From NCBI GenBank assembly GCA_966210745.1, contig CBIHLJ010000004.1, positions 3,318 through 67,317 on the forward strand: a DNA stretch of 64,000 nt, given 5' to 3'. The notes under the pieces are model-generated. The model was not told where the DNA came from and did no database searches. It was given only the letters and a program-made list of their open reading frames with translations. The translations under genes and the position numbers were made by a program. Positions 19,668 to 30,670 of the stretch are shown piece after piece (the stretch's first letter is position 1; every line of letters begins with the position of its first letter). This DNA is from an uncultured Pseudoxanthomonas sp. (lineage in GTDB: Bacteria; Pseudomonadota; Gammaproteobacteria; Xanthomonadales; Xanthomonadaceae).

Positions 19668-21884
19668 ATGTTCAAACACCTCAAGATCGGCAAGCGCCTG
19701 GCCATCGGCTTCGCCGTGCTCGTCCTGCTCATCGTCGCCACCGGGGCGTTCTCCGCGCAGCGGATGGGGGTGGCCCAGGACGTGGTGCTCGACATCACCA
19801 AGAAGGAAGTACCGGCCATCCGCGACCTGGGCCGCATGGCGACCATGCTGGCCGAATACCGCGTCAGCGAGCGCGGCCTGGTCGCCGGCTACGAGGATCC
19901 GGAAAAGGTCGCCGAATACACCGGCGAGCTGATCGCGGGTGGCAAGGCCTTCGACGAGCTTGCCAAGGCGTATGGGGCCGGCCTTTCCGACAAGCAGGAG
20001 CAGGCCCTGCACCAGGAGATGACGGCAAGGGCCGCGCTGTACTTCGAGAACAGCCGCCGGCTGATCGAGTCGGTCAAGGTCGGCGACCTGACGCCTGCCA
20101 GTGGTGCCGGCGACCTGCGCCAGGCCACCGCCGACGCCGTCGCGCGGATGCTGGAAGCGAAGATGAAGGAACTGGACCAGGCCGTGGCGGCCCAGGAAAC
20201 GGGCTACAGCACCAACATCAAGGCCATCGGCCTGCTGGTGGCGGTGGCCTTGATGCTGGCCATCGCGGCTGCAGTGCTCATCACCCGCTCGATCGTGCGC
20301 CCGATGGCCGAGGTCATGAGCGTCGCCGACGCCGTGGCGCGCGGCCAGCTGGATCGCCAGATCATCATCGACGACCGCAGCGAGCTCGGCGACCTGCTCG
20401 GCTCCATGCAGCGCATGCAGACGCAGGTGAAGGCCGTCATCGCCGCCCAGAGCGAAATGGCGGTGCGCCATGACGAAGGCCGGATCAGCTACCGCATCGA
20501 CGACAGCGCCTTCCCCGGCGAGTACGGCCGCATGGTGCGCGAGACCAACGCACTGGTCGCCCAGCACATCGGCGTGAAGATGCGCGCCGTGGAAGTGATG
20601 CGCCGCTACGCCGTGGGCGACCTGTCGGAGGACATGGATCGCCTGCCCGGCGAGAAGGTGGTCATCACCGAAGCGATGGACATGTGCAAGGCCAATCTGT
20701 CGGCGATCAATGGCGAGATCAAGCGTCTGGCTACCGCCGCCGCTTCCGGTGACTTCACCCATCGCGGCGATGTCGACAAGTACCAGTACGACTTCCGCGA
20801 CATGGTGGAAGGTCTGAACCGCCTGATGGAAACCACCGACGGCAATCTGGCAGAAGTATCCGAACTGCTGCAGGCCATCGCCCGCGGCGACCTGACCGCG
20901 CGGATGGAAGGCGACTTCCATGGCGTGTTCGCCAGCATGCGTGACGATGCCAATGCCACCGTCGCCCAGCTGACCGACATCGTCGGCGGCATCCAGATGG
21001 CGGCCATCAGCATCAACACCGCCGCCGGCGAGATCGCATCGGGCAACAACGACCTGTCGCGCCGTACCGAGCAGCAGGCCGCCAACCTGGAAGAAACCGC
21101 CGCCTCGATGGAGGAGCTGACCTCCACCGTGCGCCAGAACGCCGAGTCGGCCCGCCAGGCCAACCAATTGGCCATCGGTGCCGCAGGCGTGGCTTCGCTG
21201 GGCGGCGATGTGGTCGGCCAGGTGGTCACCACGATGCGCGACATCGAGCAGTCCTCCAAGAAGATCGCCGAGATCATCTCGGTCATCGATGGCATCGCCT
21301 TCCAGACCAACATCCTGGCCTTGAACGCGGCGGTGGAAGCCGCACGCGCGGGCGAACAGGGCCGCGGCTTCGCGGTGGTCGCTTCCGAAGTGCGCACCCT
21401 CGCCCAGCGTTCGGCCAATGCCGCCAAAGAGATCAAGGGTCTGATCGAGAACTCGGTGGATCGCGTGGCCGACGGCTCGGCGCTGGTGAACCAGGCTGGC
21501 ACGACGATGGGCGAGATCGTCGCCAGCGTGCAGCGCGTGACGGACATCATGGCCGAGATCTCCGCGGCCTCTCAGGAACAGTCGGCCGGCATCGAGCAGG
21601 TCAACCAGACCATCACCCAGATGGACGAGACCACCCAGCAGAACGCTGCACTGGTCGAAGAAGCCACCGCCGCCGCGCGCTCCATGGAAGAGCAGGCCGG
21701 CGCGCTGACGCAGAGCGTGTCGGTGTTCAAGCTGCATGCCACCGTCAGTACCCCGGTCCGCCAGGCCATTGCGGCGGCCGCCGTTGCACCGCGGCCGGTG
21801 GCGACACCCAGGGCCGTGGCCCGCAAGCCGGTCGCACGCAAGCCCGAACCTGCCCTCGCCGACGGGGACTGGCAGGAGTTCTGA
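19668..21884 (+). CDS. Methyl-accepting chemotaxis protein MCP1 (four-helix-bundle-type sensor, tandem HAMPs, DWQEF tail)
   Basis: [15 protein letters not shown], two TM segments, [30 protein letters not shown] hairpin, C-terminal DWQEF. Confidence 0.95.
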   Translation: MFKHLKIGKRLAIGFAVLVLLIVATGAFSAQRMGVAQDVVLDITKKEVPAIRDLGRMATMLAEYRVSERGLVAGYEDPEKVAEYTGELIAGGKAFDELAKAYGAGLSDKQEQALHQEMTARAALYFENSRRLIESVKVGDLTPASGAGDLRQATADAVARMLEAKMKELDQAVAAQETGYSTNIKAIGLLVAVALMLAIAAAVLITRSIVRPMAEVMSVADAVARGQLDRQIIIDDRSELGDLLGSMQRMQTQVKAVIAAQSEMAVRHDEGRISYRIDDSAFPGEYGRMVRETNALVAQHIGVKMRAVEVMRRYAVGDLSEDMDRLPGEKVVITEAMDMCKANLSAINGEIKRLATAAASGDFTHRGDVDKYQYDFRDMVEGLNRLMETTDGNLAEVSELLQAIARGDLTARMEGDFHGVFASMRDDANATVAQLTDIVGGIQMAAISINTAAGEIASGNNDLSRRTEQQAANLEETAASMEELTSTVRQNAESARQANQLAIGAAGVASLGGDVVGQVVTTMRDIEQSSKKIAEIISVIDGIAFQTNILALNAAVEAARAGEQGRGFAVVASEVRTLAQRSANAAKEIKGLIENSVDRVADGSALVNQAGTTMGEIVASVQRVTDIMAEISAASQEQSAGIEQVNQTITQMDETTQQNAALVEEATAAARSMEEQAGALTQSVSVFKLHATVSTPVRQAIAAAAVAPRPVATPRAVARKPVARKPEPALADGDWQEF

Positions 21885-21916
21885 TTGCGCATCGGAACGC
21901 GCGGCAGAAGCACCCT

Positions 21917-21943
21917 GCACGGCCCGGACTTTCCGGGCCGTGC
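21917..21943 (+). terminator. Perfect 12-bp hairpin after MCP1
   Basis: GCACGGCCCGGA-CTT-TCCGGGCCGTGC; weak U-tract. Confidence 0.55.
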
Positions 21944-22011
21944 CTGTCTGGAGCGCCACACTCGCGCAGGTATCTGTATTTACCGTTCGTCGGGGAAATC
22001 CCCACAAAGCC

Positions 22012-22038
22012 TCAATGGCCACGCCGTGACGCCGATAT
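22012..22038 (+). promoter_or_regulatory. Sigma28 promoter of MCP2
   Basis: TCAA-N15-GCCGATAT. Confidence 0.8.
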
Positions 22039-22072
22039 CGATCCAGCCTCCATCACGACACGCCCTGCCCCC

Positions 22073-24724
22073 ATGAATCGACTGAAGCGCCTTTCTCTCG
22101 GCAGCATGCTCTCCCTCCAGGTCACCCTCGCCGTGGCCGTCGTCCTCACCCTCCTCGCGATCGTCGTGCAGCGGCAGTCCAGTCGCGCCATCGAGGCACG
22201 TGCCCTGGGCGATCTCGACGTCGCGGCGCAGGTGATGCTGGAATCCATCGCGCTCTACGACAACACACTGACCGACGCCACGCAGCGGATGGCCAGGAGC
22301 TTCCGCGCCGCACTGCCTTCCGGCGACGTGTCGATCGATGCCGGACGCACCACGCCGATCGGCGACTTCGAGGTTCCCGAACTGCGTTTCGGTGCGCAGG
22401 CTATCAACCTGGACTTCACCACCGTCGACCGCTTCACCGAAGCCACCGACGTGGTCGCCACCCTCTTCGTGCGCCAGGGCGACGATTTCATCCGTGCCAC
22501 CACGTCGCTGCGCAACACCGAGGACGAACGCGTCATCGGCACCGCGCTGGACCACAAGCACCCGGCATACGCCCTGATCCTCAAGGACAAGCCCTACACC
22601 GGTCGCGCGCGCCTCTTCGGTCGCGATTACATGACCCATTACGAGCCGCTGCAGGATGCGGAAGGCAACACCATCGGCATCCTGTTCGTCGGCCAGAACT
22701 ACGGCGACGGCCTCGCGGCGCTGAAGGACAAGCTGCGCAATACGGCACTCGGTGAAGCGGGCTATTTCTTCGTGGTGGATATCGCCGAAGGCGAGCACCA
22801 CGGCAAGCTGGCCGCGCATCCCGCCAGCCAGGATGCGCTGTATTCCTCGGTGGTGGACGCCGATTCCGTGCCGGAGATGAAGGCCCTGCTGGCGCAGGAC
22901 CATGGTCACACGGTGCTCGATATCGCACCCAAGGCCGGCGAAGACGCCGTGCCGGCGCTGGTCGCGGTGAAGCAGTTCGCCCCGTGGAAGTGGGCGCTGG
23001 TCGCCGTGGAGCCGCGTTCCACCGTAGTGGCCTCCAGCCACGCATTGACGGTCATCATCCTGCTGCTTTCGCTGCTGGCGCTGGCGGTCATCGCGACGCT
23101 GGCCTGGTTCGGCGTGCGTCGCGTGGTCTCGCACCCGCTGCGTGGTGCAGTCGCCATCGCCGAAGCGGTGGCCGCCGGCAAACTGGACAGCCGCATCGAC
23201 ACCTCGCGCCACGACGAGGTCGGCCAGTTGCTGTCGGCCATGCACCATGTGCAGACCCAGGTCGTGTCGGTGATCGAGGCACAGACCGAGATGACGCGAC
23301 GACACGACGATGGCCAGATCAGCCACCGCATCGACGACAGCGCGTTCCCGGGCGAGTACGGCCGCATGGTGCGCGACACCAATACGCTGGTGGCCTCGCA
23401 CATCGCGGTGAAGATGCGCCTTGTCGAGGTGATGCAGCGCTACGCCATCGGTGACCTGTCGCTGGACATGGACCGTCTGCCCGGCGAGAAGGCGGTGCTG
23501 ACGCAGACGATGGACGCCACCAAGACCAGCCTGTCGGCCATCAACGGCGAGATCAAGCGCCTGGCGCTGGCCGCGTCCTCCGGCGATTTCAGCCAGCGGG
23601 GCGATGTGGACAAGTACCAGTACGACTTCCGCGAGATGATCGCGGGACTCAACCAGCTGATGGAAACCACCGACGGCAACCTGGCCGAGGTGTCCGAGCT
23701 GCTGCAGGCCATCGCGCGCGGCGACCTGACCGCGCGCATGGAAGGCGACTTCCATGGCGTCTTCGCCACCATGCGCGATGATGCCAACGCCACCGTCGCC
23801 CAGCTGACCGAGATCGTCGGCGGTATCCAGATGGCGGCCACCAGCATAAACACCGCTGCCGGCGAGATCGCCTCCGGCAACAACGACCTGTCGCGCCGTA
23901 CCGAGCAGCAGGCCGCCAACCTGGAAGAAACCGCCGCTTCGATGGAGGAACTGACCTCCACCGTGCGCCAGAATGCCGAGTCCGCCCGTCAGGCCAACCA
24001 GTTGGCCATCGGTGCAGCATCGGTCGCCTCCCAGGGTGGCGAAGTGGTCGGTCGCGTGGTCACCACGATGACCGACATCGAACAGTCATCGAAGAAGATC
24101 GCGGAGATCATCTCGGTCATCGATGGCATCGCCTTCCAGACCAATATCCTGGCCTTGAACGCCGCGGTGGAAGCGGCACGGGCAGGCGAACAGGGCCGCG
24201 GTTTTGCCGTGGTGGCTTCCGAAGTCCGCACGCTCGCTCAGCGCAGCGCCAACGCGGCCAAGGAGATCAAGGGCCTGATCGAGACCTCGGTGGACAAGGT
24301 CGCCGAGGGTTCGGCGCTGGTGAACCAGGCCGGCACGACGATGGGTGAGATCGTGGCCTCGGTGCAGCGCGTGACCGACATCATGGCCGAGATCTCCGCG
24401 GCCTCGCAGGAACAGTCGGCCGGCATCGAGCAGGTCAACCAGACCATCACGCAGATGGACGAAACCACCCAGCAGAACGCTGCACTGGTGGAAGAAGCCA
24501 CCGCCGCCGCACGCTCCATGGAAGAACAGGCCGGCGCACTGACCCAGAGCGTGTCGGTGTTCAAGCTGCAGGCCAGTGCAAGTGCTCCGATCCGCAAGGC
24601 CATCGTGGCCGCTGGCACGCCGCGGCCGGTGGCGACACCGAAGGCCGCAGTCCGCAAGCAGCCCGCACGCAAACCGGAACCCGTGCTTGTCGACGGAGAT
24701 GGCGAGGGCTGGCAGGAGTTCTGA
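22073..24724 (+). CDS. MCP2 (Cache_3/Cache_2-type double Cache sensor, GWQEF tail)
   Basis: [49 protein letters not shown]; conserved signalling domain. Confidence 0.95.
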   Translation: MNRLKRLSLGSMLSLQVTLAVAVVLTLLAIVVQRQSSRAIEARALGDLDVAAQVMLESIALYDNTLTDATQRMARSFRAALPSGDVSIDAGRTTPIGDFEVPELRFGAQAINLDFTTVDRFTEATDVVATLFVRQGDDFIRATTSLRNTEDERVIGTALDHKHPAYALILKDKPYTGRARLFGRDYMTHYEPLQDAEGNTIGILFVGQNYGDGLAALKDKLRNTALGEAGYFFVVDIAEGEHHGKLAAHPASQDALYSSVVDADSVPEMKALLAQDHGHTVLDIAPKAGEDAVPALVAVKQFAPWKWALVAVEPRSTVVASSHALTVIILLLSLLALAVIATLAWFGVRRVVSHPLRGAVAIAEAVAAGKLDSRIDTSRHDEVGQLLSAMHHVQTQVVSVIEAQTEMTRRHDDGQISHRIDDSAFPGEYGRMVRDTNTLVASHIAVKMRLVEVMQRYAIGDLSLDMDRLPGEKAVLTQTMDATKTSLSAINGEIKRLALAASSGDFSQRGDVDKYQYDFREMIAGLNQLMETTDGNLAEVSELLQAIARGDLTARMEGDFHGVFATMRDDANATVAQLTEIVGGIQMAATSINTAAGEIASGNNDLSRRTEQQAANLEETAASMEELTSTVRQNAESARQANQLAIGAASVASQGGEVVGRVVTTMTDIEQSSKKIAEIISVIDGIAFQTNILALNAAVEAARAGEQGRGFAVVASEVRTLAQRSANAAKEIKGLIETSVDKVAEGSALVNQAGTTMGEIVASVQRVTDIMAEISAASQEQSAGIEQVNQTITQMDETTQQNAALVEEATAAARSMEEQAGALTQSVSVFKLQASASAPIRKAIVAAGTPRPVATPKAAVRKQPARKPEPVLVDGDGEGWQEF

Positions 24725-24821
24725 GCGGCTCGTATGAAGCGGCCCGCAACAAGCACACAGCCAAAAAATCCCGGGCCCTGCACTTGTACGCAGAGCAACG
24801 AAATCCATGAAGATTCACTCT

Positions 24822-24910
24822 GTAGGATGGGTTGAGCCGTAGGCGATACCCATCGAGCACGTGGCGCCTTCATCACGATGATGGGTATCGCTTCGCTCAA
24901 CCCATCCTAC
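24822..24910. repeat. GTAG-type REP doublet (REPIN)
   Basis: GTAGGATGGGTTGAGC..GCGATACCCATC (24822-24854) with its inverted copy at 24880-24910. Confidence 0.8.
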
Positions 24911-25273
24911 GCGCTGATCCGCTCTGTGGGCGGCGAGGCTTTCGACGAGGTAGCCCAGACCACGTCGCTGTCCCCCAGCCTGCCGATCAATGATCCGGAG
25001 CCGGTACTCGTCTATCCCGGCTCCATCTTCGTCGTGGCTGGAACTTTCTCCTTTGGCGCGCGAAAGCTTGTGACCAAGGAGAAAAGTCGCGGTGGCGAAC
25101 TGGGCGCCGCTCCCAGTCGCAAGACCAGGTTCGTAGTGGTTGGCGAGCTCCGCTCGCGCGACTGGCTCAATACCAATGCCGGCACGAAGATCCAGAAAGC
25201 AGTAGAACTACGTGGCGACGGTCATCCGCTCACGATCGTCTCAGAGGCGCATTGGGTTCGCAGCCTCGTCTAG
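24911..25273 (+). pseudogene. 5'-truncated BRCT-domain gene remnant
   Basis: IFVVAGTFSFGAR..RGG..SRKTRFVVVG..SRDW..GTKIQKAVELR..IVSEAHW is a BRCT pattern; the only ATGs (24878/24881) lie inside the REP and there is no RBS. Confidence 0.6.
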
Positions 25274-25348
25274 CAGTTGGCGATGTCGCAAAGTTGTGCT
25301 GTCCGCCTCCTACTCTCCCGCTCCCTGCTACGAAACACCAAGTAGTCA

Positions 25349-25855
25349 TTAAGTTCCTCGACCAGCGATAGGCGTTGCGAGCTCACGCGCCCTAAGCATA
25401 TCGACTGTGTCTAGCGCCCTCGTTAGCTGGCTGTCAGTGAACCCAGCGTCCCCACTACTCGCCAGCCAGAGTAACCAATCAGATACTACAACCAACTCAT
25501 CAACGCTAAATAGCGACCACCTGGCGACAAACCAATCATCCCATGTGCCCGCCTGATTCGACCTATCCAGCATCGCTACCACGCCATCAACTGCACGACT
25601 ATCCGGCGCATTATCCCGCACAGCCGACGCCATAATTCCAGGAAGATAGTAGGCGAATGCTTCCGGTGAAAATCCATAAATTGCTGCCGGATGCTTGTTG
25701 AGCATCTTGTCACTGACATCTTTCCATTCGATGTCGTCGAAAGCTCCTGCGTCCTCGTACTCATCAGTTCTTGGCGCGTTGGAAACCACGCAGGACCCAG
25801 GCCTGACTCGCCACCCAAACGCAACTTCTATGCGACGCATGAGAGAACTATTCAT
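25349..25855 (-). CDS. Putative immunity protein (DUF6714-like) for the RHS toxin
   Basis: 168 aa, acidic, FSPEAFAYYLPGIM motif; starts 3 nt after the RHS stop; lower GC than flanking genes. Confidence 0.7.
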   Translation of the reverse strand: MNSSLMRRIEVAFGWRVRPGSCVVSNAPRTDEYEDAGAFDDIEWKDVSDKMLNKHPAAIYGFSPEAFAYYLPGIMASAVRDNAPDSRAVDGVVAMLDRSNQAGTWDDWFVARWSLFSVDELVVVSDWLLWLASSGDAGFTDSQLTRALDTVDMLRARELATPIAGRGT

Positions 25856-25858
25856 GAA

Positions 25859-28800
25859 TCAAATGTCCGCATTCCACCAAGCCAGCTTGAGTGCCTGACA
25901 CTTGGAGACATTTATCCAGGCTTGGCTTTGAGCCTGTTGATGCACGCCGTCGCCACCAGCCCAGCAACGCACATCCCTTTTGGAACGAGCAACTGCTTCT
26001 GCCAACCAAGCCTTCGCCCTCATGCCCAACTCCCATCGCGTCATCCCTGCCTTGCATTTGCCAAGGGTACCTACAACCGCCTTCGCGCGTTGCACGTCCG
26101 CGTTCAGTCTGTCGCATTCATCATCTGGGCCGCGGCAGGCCTCCCGCGCCGCAAGCGAAGCGAGCGAAGCGAGCGTTTGTAACGCATTGACGTTCGTATC
26201 GTTCGCCACAGGACTCATCATTTGCATCGCTGTAAGCGTTGCAGATAAGACGTTAGATATATCTTTTCCATACACGTAAGGCCCTACAGAATGCGGCGAG
26301 TAACCTGAGTTGACTGGGTTTTCGGGATCATACGGAGCAGTCACATAGCCTGGGCCGCCGGGCATCTGCCAGATCCCTTGCACGCCTTTGCTTTGAAGTC
26401 CTTCGGGATCACTCTTTAGCAGGGGCTTGCCCTCAACGTATCCATACGTACTTACGCCCGCAGTTAGTCCTAGTGGATCTGACGACAAGTATCGTCCGGA
26501 CGAAGGCTCGTAATCACGATGTAAGTTCTGATTCGTGAGTGTTGCCTCATCCACGATCTGACCTGGCAAACGCGTCGCGAGCGCCAAGCTCACCTGACCT
26601 TGGTCAGAATCTTGATCCGGCGGAGTATCCCCAAACACCTCTCCCGTCAGGCTCCACTTCCAAATGACCTTGTCCTGGGCTGCATCTACGGCAACTCTAG
26701 TTGTCCCTATGTGATCTGGCTGGAGATGCAAGGATTGATTTCCCAGCATCAACGAAATCGGCAGATCATCCATCCAAACAAATTGCTGTGATGGCATGTC
26801 AGGTGCCCCGTAGATGCCGAGTCTGTGACCAAGCTCGTCATAGAGCACGATGACAGTCTCTACCCCGTGGTACTTTCTGACTTGCTCTCCGCGCCCGTTG
26901 TAGCTGTACTCCATCGCAACGATACCGGCGTTTCGCACACTATTCATTCTTCCCGCATCGTTGTAAGTGAACTCACGTGCCCCCCCAATCGACACGGTGT
27001 TGCCGGTCGCATCGTATGACCTGCTTTCGCCTGCGATCGAACTGAGGCGATGGCTGTTGGCCGGATACGCATAGGCCTTCGTACCGAACGAGTCCGTGTA
27101 GCTCATCCGGTTACCCGTCTTGTCGTATTCGTACTTGTCCAGGACCGCCTGGGCCGGGCCATCGAGCGCCTCCGTCAGGCGACCCAACGCGTCGTAGCGG
27201 TACTCCATCGGTGGTGAGCTGCCGCTATCGATATCGACCAGGTTGCCGACCGCGTCATAGCCATAGGTCAGATCCAGACCGCCCGTTCCTCCCTGGATCG
27301 ACGTTGGACGGTAGTCCAGGTCCACGTCGCGCTGCATGGTGCGGCCATTGCCATACACCCAGCCTGCGATGGGACCGAAGGGGTGGTACGTAGCCTGGTG
27401 CAGCAGGATTTCCCGCGCCAGTCCCGGCCGGGTGACGCCTACACTGGTGATCTGGCCTTGCGCGTTGCGGACATAGTCCGCCACCGTGCCGTCCGGATAG
27501 GTCATCGCCTGCAGTTGCCCACTCTTGGTGTAGGCGTACTGCAGCGTCAGCGCCACGCCATCCGTGGTCTGCACCTTGCGGACCAGTTGGCCGAAGCGGT
27601 CGTGGCAGTAATGGGTCGAGCCGCTGCCATCGACCATCAGCGTCAACCGCCCCACCGAGAACGTTTCGCCTGCCTGGCAAACCGGCTGGGTGACATCGTA
27701 GGTGTAGGAGACATTGAGGCTGGCGGTGGGGTAGCCGACCTGCGTCAGCCGGTTCAGCGCGTCGTACTGGTAGGTCGTCGCGATGCCGCGGGCATCGGTC
27801 TGGCTGGCGCGGTTGCCGGCACTGTCGTAGGTGTAGGTGGCGATACCCGTGTCCGGACTGCTCAACTGCACCAGGTCGCCAAAGCCGTTGTAGCTATACG
27901 TGGTGTCCAACCCCTTCGGGTCGGTGACCTTGGTCAGGTTGTCGTTGGCGTCGTACTCGAACTTCGTTTCCGCCTCGATCCCGCCCACATCCTGCAACGT
28001 GCGCTTGAGCCGGCTCAGGGGATCGTAGTCGTTGCTGGTGACATGTCCCAGCGCATCGGTCACGGTCTTGGCGTTTCCGCTTGCATCGTAGGTGAAGTCG
28101 GTCGGGCTCGATTGTGCGTCGGCCTGTGTGGCCAGCTGCCCCAGTGTGTTGTAGATCCGCGACAGTGTTCGCTTGAGCACACCGCCTGCGCCCTTGGTGC
28201 TCTCACCGATGCGATTGCCCGCGCCATCCAGCGTGTACTCGATGCGATTGCCGGCACTGTCGGCGACCGCGGTCAGGCGCTTGGCATCGTCGTACTCGTA
28301 CGTGGTGTAGACACCGTCCGGATCAGTGATCTTCTTCACCAGCCCGGTGGGCCAGTACTCGTACGAGGTGATGCGATCATCTGCACTCGTCGCGCCCTTG
28401 ACCGTCATCGTCGCCACCCAGCCGCGCGGGTAGTACAGCGTCTCGGTCACCACGCCGTTCGTGTCCTTGACCGCCAGCGGACGCCCAGCTGCGTCGTAGG
28501 CCAGCACTTCTGTAACCCGGCCCAGCGCATCGGTGACCTTCCAGAGATCCCCCGGGCGATAGCCGCAACCGGACAGCGTGCCGCCGCAGGCCCCGCCTAC
28601 GGTGCCGTAGTACGCGTATGCGTTCGTGTCGGACACGTCCGTGCGTGGACCATCGATCGATTTCAGCAGGCCGACACGCGGACAGGTGCCGACGTCCACG
28701 TCGGCCTGCTCGCAGTAGGCACGCGTGGCAGTACGCGTAACCAGTATCGACGGGTCCAGGGATGTCGTCGTCAACAACTGTCCGGTGGCGCTGTAGTCCA

Positions 28801-30670
28801 TATTGGTCTGAGACACGACCTGACCAGCAGCGTTCAGGGTTCGCAGTTGCGTGGGCGCGTTCAATGTAGCGTGCCAAACCGTTTCGCGGGTCTGCTTGTC
28901 GGGAGTCCCGAAAGCAGACGTCGCAGACGTCAGTTTCCCAAGGGTATACGTGTAACGATCCTGGGAGCCATTGACGTTGGTTCGCGTGAGCGTCCGCCCG
29001 TAGCTATCAAAGGTGGCGGACCGTGTGCCATTGGGGTCAATCACTGACAGGGGGCTACGGTTTCGATCCGCGCTATAGGTGAATGCGCGCGTAGCGCCGC
29101 TGCTTGTCTCCACCTCCGCCTGATTCGCTGACGTGTAACGCATCCTGGTGGTGTTCACTGGCTGCCCTGCCGAGTTGAACTGCGCACTCAGAACAACCCG
29201 GCCATGTACGTCGTAGCCGAAACTCGAATGACGGTTTCCGTCCTCGTAGGTGATGCCAGTCAGCAACCCAGGGTCACCATTGGTGGCCAGGCCGGCCTCG
29301 CCGTAGTGGTACTGCTTTGCACCACCGTGACTATCGGAAACCGATACAAGGTTGCCGTGCCCATCGTAGGCGTAGGTTTGCGATGTTCCATCCGGCAGAA
29401 GCAAGCCAGTTAGAGTTCCGAAATGGTCATGCGTGAACTGCAGGGCGCGACCGCTATGGTCAACCACCCTTTCCAGAAGTCTCTTGCTGTTGTACTCCAG
29501 CGTCACGTCCCGTTCCGGCGCACGCGCGTTGCGGATGCTGACCAACCCCAGCGTTGAAGAGAAAGTACTGACATCTCCGTTGGATTCGGTGATCTGCCAG
29601 TTTCCGTCCGCGGCCCGGACCATTGACGCATCACCGAGGCCCGCAATCACAAAACGACCGCCGCCAACCGACTGGTACTTCATCCTCTTTCCGCCAACGA
29701 CGAGTTGGCTCGAATTGGTTCCCGGCGGGCTGAAAACGGGCCCATAGGTATGGGACCAGCCGCGACCCAGATTAAATCCGCCGGAGAGTTCCTCGCGCAG
29801 CGAGTTGTAGTGGCGGGCAAAGGGACGTCCGGCGAAGGTGAAGTCCGCTTCGACGCTCGACTTGTTGGTCGTGGAGGGCTCGCACGACTGGTTGTCCGCT
29901 GGACACTGGCCCGCGTTCTGCCGGGGCGCAGTTATCATGATGGTACCGCCGGCCGTCGATTGACACAGGTAGGGCGATATGTTCGCCAACACGCCTCTAG
30001 TAGGCCCCATTCCTGCCGGGCAAAGGTACCGTTGCCGACGGATAAGAGGGAACTCGCGCGTTCCTCGGTACCTATGGTCGTCGTAATACGTATCGAAGAG
30101 GATCTTGCGAGATCGGGACTTGGTCGAATCGTCGAGAACCCCGACTCCGGGGGTACTGGTACTATCGGTCCGATTCAGTGGAACGTATGATCCATCCACG
30201 CGGGGATTGAGGTTGTAGCACCTGTTCCAGCCACAGGAGTAAACCACCCCCGCGTTGATTCTTTGAGAAAAGAAGTTGGAAATAAGCTCTTCCTCGTTCC
30301 CGCATCCGCCAAAGCTATTAGCGGATCCTGGGCAGTATTGCGTTGCCTCGACGTCCTCAAGGAACATGTAGTAAGGCGCGTAGTACTCCAGTGGCGCTTG
30401 CGGTTTGACGGCATAGTAAGACCGGATTTCGCCGTTCGACAGTTTCTGCAGGCGACTGTTGTACAGATATTGGCCAACATCTGGCACTGCTGCACGCAGT
30501 GCAGCTTCTGCCTCGCCCAAGGATGTAAAGCATCCTCCAGTACTCGGACAATAGGTCGCACCCGGCGCGAATCCCCCCGTCGGATCGTCCACCGTGACCA
30601 CCTGCGCGCGCATATCGCCCGCCCACACCAGCATCGCGATTGCCGCGATGATCGAAAACCCTCTGAACAT
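25859..30670 (-). CDS. RHS/YD-repeat polymorphic toxin with Sec signal peptide and Ntox16-like C-terminal domain
   Basis: Start MFRGFSIIAAIAMLVWAGDMRA-Q after GAGGGG; DUF6531-like FARHYNS..LGRGWSHTY; many YD repeats; core end RYLSSDPLG..TYGYVEGKPLLKSDPEG; tip ECDRL..C..RDVRCWAGGDGVH..C. Confidence 0.9.
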   Translation of the reverse strand: MFRGFSIIAAIAMLVWAGDMRAQVVTVDDPTGGFAPGATYCPSTGGCFTSLGEAEAALRAAVPDVGQYLYNSRLQKLSNGEIRSYYAVKPQAPLEYYAPYYMFLEDVEATQYCPGSANSFGGCGNEEELISNFFSQRINAGVVYSCGWNRCYNLNPRVDGSYVPLNRTDSTSTPGVGVLDDSTKSRSRKILFDTYYDDHRYRGTREFPLIRRQRYLCPAGMGPTRGVLANISPYLCQSTAGGTIMITAPRQNAGQCPADNQSCEPSTTNKSSVEADFTFAGRPFARHYNSLREELSGGFNLGRGWSHTYGPVFSPPGTNSSQLVVGGKRMKYQSVGGGRFVIAGLGDASMVRAADGNWQITESNGDVSTFSSTLGLVSIRNARAPERDVTLEYNSKRLLERVVDHSGRALQFTHDHFGTLTGLLLPDGTSQTYAYDGHGNLVSVSDSHGGAKQYHYGEAGLATNGDPGLLTGITYEDGNRHSSFGYDVHGRVVLSAQFNSAGQPVNTTRMRYTSANQAEVETSSGATRAFTYSADRNRSPLSVIDPNGTRSATFDSYGRTLTRTNVNGSQDRYTYTLGKLTSATSAFGTPDKQTRETVWHATLNAPTQLRTLNAAGQVVSQTNMDYSATGQLLTTTSLDPSILVTRTATRAYCEQADVDVGTCPRVGLLKSIDGPRTDVSDTNAYAYYGTVGGACGGTLSGCGYRPGDLWKVTDALGRVTEVLAYDAAGRPLAVKDTNGVVTETLYYPRGWVATMTVKGATSADDRITSYEYWPTGLVKKITDPDGVYTTYEYDDAKRLTAVADSAGNRIEYTLDGAGNRIGESTKGAGGVLKRTLSRIYNTLGQLATQADAQSSPTDFTYDASGNAKTVTDALGHVTSNDYDPLSRLKRTLQDVGGIEAETKFEYDANDNLTKVTDPKGLDTTYSYNGFGDLVQLSSPDTGIATYTYDSAGNRASQTDARGIATTYQYDALNRLTQVGYPTASLNVSYTYDVTQPVCQAGETFSVGRLTLMVDGSGSTHYCHDRFGQLVRKVQTTDGVALTLQYAYTKSGQLQAMTYPDGTVADYVRNAQGQITSVGVTRPGLAREILLHQATYHPFGPIAGWVYGNGRTMQRDVDLDYRPTSIQGGTGGLDLTYGYDAVGNLVDIDSGSSPPMEYRYDALGRLTEALDGPAQAVLDKYEYDKTGNRMSYTDSFGTKAYAYPANSHRLSSIAGESRSYDATGNTVSIGGAREFTYNDAGRMNSVRNAGIVAMEYSYNGRGEQVRKYHGVETVIVLYDELGHRLGIYGAPDMPSQQFVWMDDLPISLMLGNQSLHLQPDHIGTTRVAVDAAQDKVIWKWSLTGEVFGDTPPDQDSDQGQVSLALATRLPGQIVDEATLTNQNLHRDYEPSSGRYLSSDPLGLTAGVSTYGYVEGKPLLKSDPEGLQSKGVQGIWQMPGGPGYVTAPYDPENPVNSGYSPHSVGPYVYGKDISNVLSATLTAMQMMSPVANDTNVNALQTLASLASLAAREACRGPDDECDRLNADVQRAKAVVGTLGKCKAGMTRWELGMRAKAWLAEAVARSKRDVRCWAGGDGVHQQAQSQAWINVSKCQALKLAWWNADI

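Noticed and set aside
21990-22030. GGGGAAATCCCC hairpin followed by CAAAGCC, resembling part of a c-di-GMP-I riboswitch
   Set aside because: The stem is too short, the upstream GGCAAAC-like strand and second stem are missing, and it lies upstream of the sigma28 promoter so would not be in the MCP2 transcript
25859-30670. RHS gene as a type VI secretion effector
   Set aside because: No PAAR domain and no vgrG, eagR or other T6SS gene nearby; the N-terminus is a Sec-type signal peptide
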